A DNA stretch of 63,892 bases, the filler included, from Aduncisulcus paluster (lineage: Eukaryota): assembly GCA_024181965.1 (NCBI GenBank). It is 3 parts of 3 records of this genome, joined end to end, with 100 filler letters (N's around TTAATTAATTAA, not from the genome) between each part and the next. Parts side by side here need not be neighbours in the genome. Positions count along the whole stretch, not along the records: positions 29,567 to 58,109 come from BQXS01012695.1; 2 more parts are not named here. The stretch is one strand, 5' to 3'. Position 1 is the stretch's first letter. Each line of letters opens with the position of its first letter. This document shows positions 33,553-44,500 of this stretch, one piece after another. The notes under the pieces are model-generated. The model did not search any database. It was given only the letters and a program-made list of their open reading frames with translations, and had not been told where the DNA came from. The position numbers and the translations under genes were made by a program.

Positions 33553-35706
33553 ATGACTAAAATTCAAAACGTGAAACCTGTGTTTACTTACCAAAGAAAT
33601 TGGTCTTGGTGTCCAATTCTTGGAGATGCACCCAATATTAAGAGTGCAGAGTTTCCAACTATCAAATCAATTGATGGAACTCATGAAGAATGGCATGAAA
33701 AGTACGATCAGAGTTCTAACGCACAAAGGATGATGAAAGGAGAGTATGATGGACAATTTACTCATAATATAGTTAATAGAGGCCATTTTACCCATATCTC
33801 CATTCCTTTCTCCTCATCTTTACCGCTGAAAGGGGCTTATATCTGTATAGTCAAAGATTTGTTAACCTCACTTCCATCACAGCTTATCTTCACTCTCACA
33901 TCTTCAAAGGGTGAGAAAACATCCAAGAAATACGAATTTCCTAAATTTTATGATGCTGGTTGGTATTTCCTTCCTGTTGATCTCCCTGATGTTGTTCTGT
34001 GTGAGATTACAGGGAAAGGAAGATGGCGAGAATCTTTTGAAATCCACTCCCTTGTGTTCATCAGTAGAGAAGAAACTCCTGAAGAACTCAAATCTCGTGA
34101 AGCCAGAGAGAAACTATGGTCTGAAGCCCCAGTTGTGAAGGCAGAGTTTGTTAAGGAAGGATGGAGAGATTCTATTCCCATTCCACGAGATGATCCAAAG
34201 CTTGTAGATCCTTCATTCTCAATGGTTAAGTGCAAGGATGATTCGGTGAGTAAGGAATCTGAGTATTATGATCAGAGTTCAGATGCGCAAAAAATGTTAA
34301 AAGGGGAAGATAGTGTTGAATTATCCCATCTTTCCATTCCTTTCCCATCACCTAGTCCTATGAAAGGTGCTTATATCTGTGTGGATGATTTTAATAGTTC
34401 ACCCTCTCTTCTCTTCACTTTCACTGATTGTGATGGTAAGAAGATATCCAAGAAGTATGAATTCGCAAGACCTAAACATTTTTATGTATTCACAGGACCT
34501 GAACATTGGTATGAATGGCACTTCCTTCCTATTGATTTGGATAATGTCGTATTGTGTGAGATTGAAGGGAAAGGAACGCGGTGGTGGTGTTTTGGAAAGA
34601 ATAGTCGAAGTTTCGACATCAACTCCCTTGTTTTCCTCCGAGGTGATGATATTCCCACCTCTCCTCCTCTTCTTCCTCCTGTTCGTCGTTTCCCCCCAAT
34701 TTCTTCAACTCCATCCAGTTCTTCCCCAATCATTAGATTATCAATTCAACAAACCACATCACTTATACAACAAGGCAATGTAGTTGAGATTGAGAAAATG
34801 CTTAAATCCAAACAACTATTACCTTCTTGGAGATCCCTTGACAATCACACAGCCTTGCACGTTGCTTTACTTTCACACCAATATAAAGTATTTGCTTTAT
34901 TGAAGTCATATGGGCATAAACGACTTAGATCTGAACGAAAAGACATGCCAATTGAGTACTTTCAGGAACGACAATGTGAAAAAATACGAGAAGCTGTTAT
35001 TCATCGGGCAGAACGTATTGATCCACTAGTTCATTTTATTATAAAGAATACACTGTTTTTGCAAGGTATAAAAGGGTATATTGGCACCATGTGGGAAATA
35101 TATTCTGCTTTAAATTCAATTCCAATGATCAACATCATTATTCAAGTGATTAAAGCTTGTCCGTCATTCGTGCTAATTATAGATTTTGAAGATCATGATA
35201 TTCGTGAAATCTCAGCTTGGCCCGGAAAAGCTACTGATTTTACAGCTTGCGGTCGTTATCTCAGATCCCCAGAGAATCGAGTGATCCGTTCTCCAGATTG
35301 TCTGTATATTGCTGGAAAACGCGAGAATCCCCTTGACATTCATGCTACAATTGCCCATGAACTCACTCACCTGGCCTTGTATTATGTGTTTCGAAATGGG
35401 TGCAGACCATTTTACGTTTCTCAAGATCCAAGAATATTTGATGAAGTGATTCTTGAAGCTAAATCTGGGTGTGAACAAACATATTATCCAATGGATATGA
35501 TTATAAGACGTGTCTTTTCATGTTACGAGAAAGAAGAGTGGTCGAAAGAACTTATTGTAAGAGTTCCAGAGATTCTAGCAAGATATGGAGAAGCAAAAGG
35601 GATTGAAATATTACAATATCAAGCACCAAAGTTGTTGGAATGGTATAAAACTAAAGTAATTCCAGAATGTGAATCGTTTATTAAGTCAACTGATAATTAC
35701 CATTGA
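33553..35706 (+). CDS. Modular protein: two ~170-aa beta-rich repeats + Pro/Ser linker + ankyrin repeat + HExxH metallopeptidase-like domain
   Basis: Repeats ...SHLSIPF..PMKGAYIC...KKYEF...WHFLPIDL; ANK-like HTALHVA; AHELTH at 35353-35370; downstream ELIVRVP. Confidence 0.8.
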   Translation: MTKIQNVKPVFTYQRNWSWCPILGDAPNIKSAEFPTIKSIDGTHEEWHEKYDQSSNAQRMMKGEYDGQFTHNIVNRGHFTHISIPFSSSLPLKGAYICIVKDLLTSLPSQLIFTLTSSKGEKTSKKYEFPKFYDAGWYFLPVDLPDVVLCEITGKGRWRESFEIHSLVFISREETPEELKSREAREKLWSEAPVVKAEFVKEGWRDSIPIPRDDPKLVDPSFSMVKCKDDSVSKESEYYDQSSDAQKMLKGEDSVELSHLSIPFPSPSPMKGAYICVDDFNSSPSLLFTFTDCDGKKISKKYEFARPKHFYVFTGPEHWYEWHFLPIDLDNVVLCEIEGKGTRWWCFGKNSRSFDINSLVFLRGDDIPTSPPLLPPVRRFPPISSTPSSSSPIIRLSIQQTTSLIQQGNVVEIEKMLKSKQLLPSWRSLDNHTALHVALLSHQYKVFALLKSYGHKRLRSERKDMPIEYFQERQCEKIREAVIHRAERIDPLVHFIIKNTLFLQGIKGYIGTMWEIYSALNSIPMINIIIQVIKACPSFVLIIDFEDHDIREISAWPGKATDFTACGRYLRSPENRVIRSPDCLYIAGKRENPLDIHATIAHELTHLALYYVFRNGCRPFYVSQDPRIFDEVILEAKSGCEQTYYPMDMIIRRVFSCYEKEEWSKELIVRVPEILARYGEAKGIEILQYQAPKLLEWYKTKVIPECESFIKSTDNYH

Positions 35707-36104
35707 CATTGTCAATTTGACAAAGATAGGACTCCAATTCATCCCCAATCGTTCAATAACACACTATCAAAAAATCGAACAAATCAAAAAAACGAAAAAA
35801 AAAAAAAAAAAATTAAAAAATGAAATTGTATAATTATTATTATACTTGACAAGTAACTTGTAATAAATAATAATATGCCATATTAAATATGGTGAAAATT
35901 GATTATTGAATTTCTCGTCTTGATTCAAGAGTCTTGATAAGGACCTTATTAAGGTTGAAAATTTCAATGAAATTGATTTTCACAAACTTTGTGACACAAA
36001 GGATCCTTAATGGAATCCTTTTATTGGGTGATAGAATAGGCAAATAACAGCAGTGTTATATACTATGACGTAGATATATAGATATATAGATCAACATTAA
36101 AATC

Positions 36105-38108
36105 TTAATCAAGAACCAATTTCCATTGGATATAAATATATCCTGAGAAATACTGGATATTTATAGAATCAATATTGGTCCCAGGAATATTTGGCATCTT
36201 AATTCCATTAGATAACATGGAATTTATAAAAGGTTCGATGATTTCAGTGTTTAAATATTCAAATACATCATAAAATCCATCCAAAAATAGAGTATCGGCA
36301 ATCAATCCAGACTTTTTGCTTACAATAGTAGGTTCAGAAAGCTCAATTTTTGAAACATTTCCTGTGATAACTGGACATTCGTTGAATTCATCAAGAATGA
36401 TTGTAACGTCGGCTTCAAAATTGGTCTCCAACATGGCAATGTTTTCTTCAGGAATATCATATGTTCCACTCTGACAGACATCAACAGATATAGAAATGGA
36501 TCCAACAAACACAATATTTCCGTGATGTTCATCATCACAATCAATTCGAACTCCAACGTTATCGGCAGTTGATGACAGAGAAATCATGATGTTGCGACTT
36601 GGAGAATAAAACAGATCTAAATTTGGAAATAGAATAGTTCCAAAACTACCAACAGTCAAACGCACATATGTTTCAGATTGAGGAATCATATTATCAGTGA
36701 GAACAACATCGGAAAGGAAACCAGATTGAACATGTGACTTTATAAAACTATCAAACACACTCGCATCAATAGCAAGATCAAAGAACTCACCTTCTAAAGG
36801 GGATTGAATGGGTGTTATTGGTAAATTATGAGACGAGATGGTTGGAAGAGAACCGTATACAGGAGTAAACAGCATGGTTGAGGCAATGGATACAAAACCA
36901 GGAGAGTATTCAGTGGCATTGGACACAATAACAGGTTCTTGGTCTTCGGTAACTGGCTGTGAATATAGCTGTAGAAAAGGAATAGTATGGAAATCGTCAT
37001 CATTGGCTTCTTTAACAACAAATTTGGAGTCAGCACCTCCACAACCTGCTTCAAGCTGTAACCGGACATGGATGTAATCTGTCGGCTGTAAACTGTATTC
37101 TTCGGTTGTAAACTTATTAGATTCCGGCCAACACATCCCCACGTTGTGTTTTTCAATGTCAGAGCCGTATTCCTTCTTCGTACTGGTGTCATCATTCAGA
37201 GTTAACGTGGCATGAACGATCTGAGTGTAGCTAGAGTGGAAAGAATAATTCCCAGCCTCCTCTGGACTAAAGTAGAAGTTAATATCGTATGAATTGTAAT
37301 TATGGATGTGCTGACTGGCCAATTCATCTGCAGTATAGGCGATCTCCTTTGAAGAACCAGATAGAACGGCTGTCATATAGTAAGTGCCTTCCGCATCATG
37401 GTTGGCTCGTGTGGGAATTAGACCATATTCAATGTTTACATATTTGTCAACAGTGTGGCTAACTGGTAAGGCATTAAGGAACCAATCAATATTATCGTTA
37501 AAGAGAGTCTCAACAGAGGATTGGATGGAGTTTGACACTGAATTTTTAATAACAGGCCATAAAATGTTTACGATATCGCTCACAATGGAATCAAGGACAT
37601 CTCCATTAACTTCAATATCGTCTCTGCCGAAATCTAAAGAAAACGTGGATAAAACCATCGAAAAGTCCCCAGGAGAGGTCGTACTTTCACCTACAGTTAA
37701 TTCCATGGACAAAGAGCCGTCTTGGAAATAAATTGTTACTGTTCCAGAGTCACTGGTGGATCCGGATGAGTATGTGAAATCTGACGTTAATTTAATGTTT
37801 GCATCAGTCCAGGTTTCATCGATGTAATACGGAGGAATTAAATCATTCGTGGGAGTAAATGTAAATTGGTCGAAAGTGAAATTTGTTAGAGAAAAATCAA
37901 TACCATCGACGGTGGTGGATATGGTTGGAATAACCATCCCATTCATGATACTAACAATCTTCTCTTTTAAAAGAACATTGAAAAAGTTAAGTGCATCTTT
38001 GGTAATGAAAAGTCTCACTCCAGGCTGGTCAGTGATGTCATAATCAGCCATTGCCCGTTGAAAACAAAATAGTAAAACAAAAATAAGCAAAATATGTCTG
38101 AAATTCAT
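36105..38108 (-). CDS. Secreted BPI/LBP (TULIP) family protein with an inserted PA14-like domain
   Basis: Signal peptide; QPGVRLFITKDALNFF (BPI N-terminal motif); C-terminal PFINSMLSNGIKMP...FSGYIYI; about 150-aa central insertion. Confidence 0.8.
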   Translation of the reverse strand: MNFRHILLIFVLLFCFQRAMADYDITDQPGVRLFITKDALNFFNVLLKEKIVSIMNGMVIPTISTTVDGIDFSLTNFTFDQFTFTPTNDLIPPYYIDETWTDANIKLTSDFTYSSGSTSDSGTVTIYFQDGSLSMELTVGESTTSPGDFSMVLSTFSLDFGRDDIEVNGDVLDSIVSDIVNILWPVIKNSVSNSIQSSVETLFNDNIDWFLNALPVSHTVDKYVNIEYGLIPTRANHDAEGTYYMTAVLSGSSKEIAYTADELASQHIHNYNSYDINFYFSPEEAGNYSFHSSYTQIVHATLTLNDDTSTKKEYGSDIEKHNVGMCWPESNKFTTEEYSLQPTDYIHVRLQLEAGCGGADSKFVVKEANDDDFHTIPFLQLYSQPVTEDQEPVIVSNATEYSPGFVSIASTMLFTPVYGSLPTISSHNLPITPIQSPLEGEFFDLAIDASVFDSFIKSHVQSGFLSDVVLTDNMIPQSETYVRLTVGSFGTILFPNLDLFYSPSRNIMISLSSTADNVGVRIDCDDEHHGNIVFVGSISISVDVCQSGTYDIPEENIAMLETNFEADVTIILDEFNECPVITGNVSKIELSEPTIVSKKSGLIADTLFLDGFYDVFEYLNTEIIEPFINSMLSNGIKMPNIPGTNIDSINIQYFSGYIYIQWKLVLD

Positions 38109-38515
38109 TTTTCGAGTTTCGAAAATCTATAATTATGTTGAAATCTATGGTTAGAAAGTTCGACTTTGATATTGAGTCAATATCTACTTATAATGTTTCA
38201 ATTGAGTCCTTGATATATATAATAGACATATTCATGAATAAAAACTTCTGTAAAAGTAAATATTTATTTGTATATAATCCGCAAGGGCAATTTCCGGACT
38301 AGAGTATTATTGACAAATAATAAACTCTTAATTGAAATTCCAATTTGTTTCCATTGAATAAAAAACTATTGACATATGCCGACAAAAAGCTCTAAACCAT
38401 CTTCTTCAGTTCCATTGGTTAACAACGCCTATTTGGCAGAATAACAACATTTCAACTACTGCCAAGTTGCATTATTATTATTATTTTTCTCTAATTTTGA
38501 TAATAATACAATAAT

Positions 38516-41500
38516 ATGATTAGACGCGCTGTTAGTGGTGAAAGAGTTCGTTATACCGGAAATAATAATGAATTTGATCTTGATTTAACATTTATCACAG
38601 ATAGAATTGTAGCCATGGGATATCCCACAGCATCATCTGTTGAATCTCTCTGGAGAAACCATGTTAAAGAAGTTTCTGAAATGTTGAACAAATATCACAA
38701 GAATCATTTCCTTATATTCAATTTAACTCAACGATCATATGACGCACAACTATTTGGTGGTGCTGTCGTCGAGTGTGGATTCCCAGATCACAATGCTCCT
38801 CCATTATCCCTGTTAATCGAAATATGTCAACGATGCAGACATTTCCTATCCTTAAACCCCAATAATATCGTGTGTTTACACTGTAAAGCTGGAAGAGGCC
38901 GTACAGGAACTGCCATTTCTTCTCTTATGCTATACACTGGCTTTTGTCAGAGTTCAAAGGATGCCCTGGACTTTTTCGCTCTTAAACGAAGTGGTTTACT
39001 GATGAAACAAGGAGTATCTGTCCCATCCCAACTCAGATACGTGAACTATGTTGCCCGAATCGTGAGTGGTGAACTACCCCATTCAATCCCTTTGTTTTTA
39101 CGTCGAATTGTCATTAAAAACATCCCCCGATTGATTATATTTGGCAAAAAAAAGACATTTTCCCCCAAGGCATTTGAAGATTCCATTGTATTCCCGATTG
39201 TTATTATGATACGAGTTGGTAGTGATAGGAAGCTTGTATATTGCAATAATTGGACGCTTGAAAGAGGAGATGAGATGTGGAAAGGTTATCTCGAAGAAGA
39301 AAAGGGAAGAAGAAGAAAAGGAAGAAGATATTCCTGTTCCTGACCTCCCAGTCCCTAGTCCCATTATTGAAGAAGAGGTTGTGAAAGAGGAAGAAGAACA
39401 AAAAGAAGAGATATATACTGGTCCTTCTACATATATGAATGTACAGAGATCTCAAGATATGTATTCTACAGATCCATCTTCCATTCTCCCTTCGTTTATA
39501 TTCCACCCTAATCTTTTCTTATTGGGAGACATTACAGTCTCTTTTTACACTCCCTTGGTATCAACTAAGCCTGATGCAGTCAATGTATGTTCTCATAAAG
39601 AATTACATGAAGGCAGACATGGCCAAAGTAGTTCCCAAGATATTAGTATGGATGCTAGTGATATCTCTGGTCTCTCCACTTCAAATGTAACTGGAACATC
39701 CCCCCCTTGTCATGATATGCAATCCCCTTCTAGCTCTGTAAGTTCTGCAAGTTCAGTCAAGTCATCTAAATCTAGTGCTAAATCTAGTGCTAAATCAGAA
39801 GGACCTGAATTCTCAGCCATTTCTTCCTCCAGCACTGCCAAGGCTCTAACTCTTGGCTCTTTCTCCTTTCATAGTGGATTTATATGCCCCTATGGTCCAA
39901 TGACCATGGAAGCCAAGGAGATAGATGTTTGTGTGAAGAATAAGATATGTATTGAAGCAGGGGTTAGTGTTGAATGCCAATGGGGCATACAAGAAAGAGA
40001 AGAATTACCCATTGTTCCTTTGAAGGTTGTTGAGAGAGGCAGTGAAGAGAGCGGCAGTGAAGAAGAAGAGGAAGATGAAGAAGAAGAGAGAGGTGAAGAA
40101 GAGGAGGAGAAGGAGGAAAGCGAAGAGAAGGAAGAAGATGGAGAGGAAGCAGAAGAGGAAGAGAAAGAGGGAAGAAGAAGAAGAGGAAGAGGAAGAGGAA
40201 GAGGAGAGAAGCGAATCTCCACAATTCAAAGGCGAAGAAGAGGAAGATGAAGAAGAGGAGGAAGATGAAGAAGAAGAGGAAGAGAAAGCTGTTGATGAAG
40301 CTGAAGCTGAAGCTGAACTCAATCGTCAGCAGGAAGAAAAAGAGAGAGAAAGAAGAGAACGCGAAGAACGTGAAGAACGTGAAAGACTCGAAAAAGAGAA
40401 AGAAGAGAGAGAGAGAGAAGAGAAAGAAAGAATTGCTAAGGAACTTAAAGAAAAAGCTTTAAAAGAAAAAGCTCTAAAAGAAAAGAAAAAGAAAGAAAAA
40501 AAGAAACGTAAACCTCTAACTCCTCTTGAAATTATGGAACGAATGACATTAAATGTTCAAAAGATTGCTAATCCATTGATAATTCCTGAGTTTAACCATC
40601 CAGAAGTGATTGACGAAGAGTTATATTTCCATCCAAGAAAAATNNNNNNNNNNNNNNNNNNNNGAAGAAGATGGAGAGGAAGCAGAAGAGGAAGAGAAAG
40701 AGGAAGAAGAAGAAGAAGAGGAAGAGGAAGAGGAAGAGGAGAGAAGCGAATCTCCACAATTCAAAGGCGAAGAAGAGGAAGATGAAGAAGAGGAGGAAGA
40801 TGAAGAAGAAGAGGAAGAGAAAGCTGTTGATGAAGCTGAAGCTGAAGCTGAACTCAATCGTCAGCAGGAAGAAAAAGAGAGAGAAAGAAGAGAACGCGAA
40901 GAACGTGAAGAACGTGAAAGACTCGAAAAAGAGAAAGAAGAGAGAGAGAGAGAAGAGAAAGAAAGAATTGCTAAGGAACTTAAAGAAAAAGCTTTAAAAG
41001 AAAAAGCTCTAAAAGAAAAGAAAAAGAAAGAAAAAAAGAAACGTAAACCTCTAACTCCTCTTGAAATTATGGAACGAATGCCATTAAATGTTCAAAAGAT
41101 TGCTAATCCATTGATAATTCCTGAGTTTAACCATCCAGAAGTGATTGACGAAGAGTTATATTTCCATCCAAGAAAAATATTGTCAAAGTTACGTCCTTGT
41201 GTCTTGGAATGCATAAGGGATAACTTCTCATCTTCTCCTTTATTTAATCCAGTTATACAATATAATCACGTTAGTAACACTGCTTCCTCTGACTCTTGTT
41301 GTTCCACAGGGTCTACTATAGAAGGGACTGCCATCATTGAGAAGAGAGAAAGAGGAGTAACAGGAACGGCTTTGCTTTCACAGATCCCTCTTCCTGAATT
41401 ACCAGAGTATTTATTCACATTACAAGGAGATACACTAGAGATGCCACCTATTCTTAGTGTTGAGATGGATTCTATCATTGCCAAAGCAAGAGGAAGAGAA

Positions 41501-44500
41501 GTAGCTATTATTCCCTTCTTCTTCTTCTTCTTCTTATTCACAGAATCAAGGTAAAGTCATGGGAGACATGGGAGGTGTGTCTCCTTTGTCACAGAGTTCT
41601 ACATTAGCAGTCTCTCGGACAACAACGTCAAGAACATCATCAAGAACAACAACATCAAGAACAGCAACGTCAAGAACAATGGCCAAGACAGCTGATATGA
41701 TGCATTCTTCAACGATGCAGCAGAAAGAGAGAGAAAAGGAACAAAAGGAACAACAGAGAGAAACTATTGTTGTGAATCCTTCTTCCATAGCTGGAGATCC
41801 AGTCCCCCTGGCTGGCACAGATATTACTACAGATGCTTCTGCTACTGTTACTACAACTTCCACTTCAGATGGTACTGAAACTTCAGCTCCAACTATTACG
41901 ATTCCTTCCGATTCGGATCAACAACAAAAGCCACCTACTCTTTCCTCTTCTTACTCTTCTTCTTACTCTTCTTCTTCTGTGACTTCGACCTCGACAATCG
42001 TTGGATATGGTGCCAGTGGAGCCGTGGATATAGCTGTCCAACAGACTGTACCAGATCCAGATCATCAGGATCTCGAATATACTAAACCTCAGTCACAACA
42101 GTCATCACAACAACTGTACTACTCTTCCCAACGACAACACACAACATCTGCATCATCATTGGGGTATAAATCCACTACTCCCACTGGCACTGGCACTGGC
42201 ACTGGCGCTGGCACTGGCGCTGGCACTGGCGCTACTGCTTCTCGTGAACAACCACTTTTATCTGCATTACCTGATTTACCTGATTTACCCACATTCTCAG
42301 TGGCTGAATACCCAGAACTCAGTCCATTGAGTACCAGTGACTCAGTCAGGCGTCTCAACAGTCGTCAGTTACGTACAGAAGAACAATGCCAAGGTGTTTT
42401 CTCTGGGTCTGCTACCATTGAGCAATGGGATGGTCTGTTAGAAGTAAGAGGAGTTAGTGGTAAAGTATCTAATGTTGGCTGTGTTTGTGTTGGTATTGTT
42501 GGAAGACATGAAATAGATGAGGAGAGAACTATTCGAAGAAATGGTTTACTTGAACAGAAATCATCAAGAATGGCAGCCAAAATTAGAGAACAAGAGCTTA
42601 GAAAAGAGGCTAAAGGGCAACGTAAGATGATACGAGAAGAAAGAAGAAGGAAGAGGAGAGAAGAGCAAGAAATGAGAGAATGGATGCAAAGACAAGAAGA
42701 AGAGAGAGAGAGGAAGAGGAGAGAAGAAGAAGCAATGGAACAAGAAAGAAAGAGAAAAGAAGAAGAAGCGGAGGAAGAAAAGGAAGAGAAGGAAGCGGAG
42801 GAAGAGGTGGAAGAGGGAAAGGAAGAAGAAGAAGCGGAAGAGAAGGAAGTTAAAGAAGCTGAAGTTGAAAAGGAAGAAAGCGAAGAGAAGGAAGAAGAAG
42901 AGGAAGAGAAAGAGGAGGATGAAGCCGAGGAAGAGGAAGAGGAAGAAGAAGAAGAAGAAGAAGAAGAAGAAGAAGAAGAAGAAGAATCAGACGAAGAATC
43001 AGACGAAGAAGAAGAGGAGGAGGAATCCGTTAATCCCGTTGAACCTACAGTTGAACCTACAGTTAAAGAGGAAGAAGAAGGAGTTCCTTTAACACCCACA
43101 GATCCATCACTTCAGTTCCAGCCGTCTTCAGAGCCTACACCAATATCTGAGAAAAACACAGGAATGGGTGATCAAATTGATGGTGAAATGGGTAATCAAA
43201 TGGGTAATCAAATGGGTAATCAAATGGGTGATCAAGAAGAGCTTGTACAATGTCAAGAACTTGGATATGTTCCTCTTAGTGCTCCCAAACGTCCAATTTT
43301 CCCTTTCCCACCATTGGCTTTATCCAATGCTTGTTTCTTATTTGGATGTTCTTCATGTCATGTTTACACTGGTGTTGCTTGTGAAGAAAGAAGAAGGAAG
43401 AGGAGAGAAGAGCAAGAAATGAGAGAATGGATGCAAAGACAAGAAGAAGAAGAGAGAGAGAGGAAGAGGAGAGAAGAAGAAGCAATGGAACAAGAAAGAA
43501 AGAGAAAAGAAGAAGAAGCGGAGGAAGAAAAGGAAGAGAAGGAAGCGGAGGAAGAGGTGGAAGAGGGAAAGGAAGAGGAAGAAAGCGAAGAGAAGGAAGA
43601 AGAAGAGGAAGAGAAAGAGGAGGATGAAGCCGAGGAAGAGGAAGAGGAAGAAGAAGAAGAAGAAGAAGAAGAAGAAGAAGAAGAAGAAGAATCAGACGAA
43701 GAATCAGACGAAGAAGAAGAGAGAGAGAGGAAGAGGAGAGAAGAAGAAGCAATGGAACAAGAAAGAAAGAGAAAAGAAGAAGAAGCGGAGGAAGAAAAGG
43801 AAGAGAAGGAAGCGGAGGAAGAGGTGGAAGAGGGAAAGGAAGAAGAAGAAGCGGAAGAGAAGGAAGTTAAAGAAGCTGAAGTTGAAAAGGAAGAAAGCGA
43901 AGAGAAGGAAGAAGAAGAGGAAGAGAAAGAGGAGGATGAAGCCGAGGAAGAGGAAGAGGAAGAAGAAGAAGAAGCAGAAGAGAAGGAAGAAAGAGAAGAG
44001 AAGGAAGCAGAAGAAGAGGAAGAGAAGGAAGAAGAAGCAGAAGAAGAGAAGGAAGAGGAAGAGGAAGAGGAGGAAGAGGAAGAGGAAGAAGAGGAGGAAG
44101 AAGTCAAATCAGAAGAAGAGANNNNNNNNNNNNNNNNNNNNAAGAAGAAGAAGAGAGAGAGAGGAAGAGGAGAGAAGAAGAAGCAATGGAACAAGAAAGA
44201 AAGAGAAAAGAAGAAGAAGCAGAGGAAGAAAAGGAAGAGAAGGAAGCGGAGGAAGAGGTGGAAGAGGGAAAGGAAGAAGAAGAAGCGGAAGAGAAGGAAG
44301 TTAAAGAAGCTGAAGTTGAAAAGGAAGAAAGCGAAGAGAAGGAAGAAGAAGAGGAAGAGAAAGAGGAGGATGAAGCCGAGGAAGAGGAAGAGGAAGAAGA
44401 AGAAGAAGAAGAAGAAGAAGAAGAAGAAGAAGAAGAATCAGACGAAGAATCAGACGAAGAAGAAGAGGAGGAGGAATCCGTTAATCCCGTTGAACCTACA

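Noticed and set aside
39290..41560. Programmed frameshifting in the PTEN-like gene
   Set aside because: Frame changes fall in purine runs, and the duplicate copy at 40664+ lacks the shift seen near 40170, indicating sequence error
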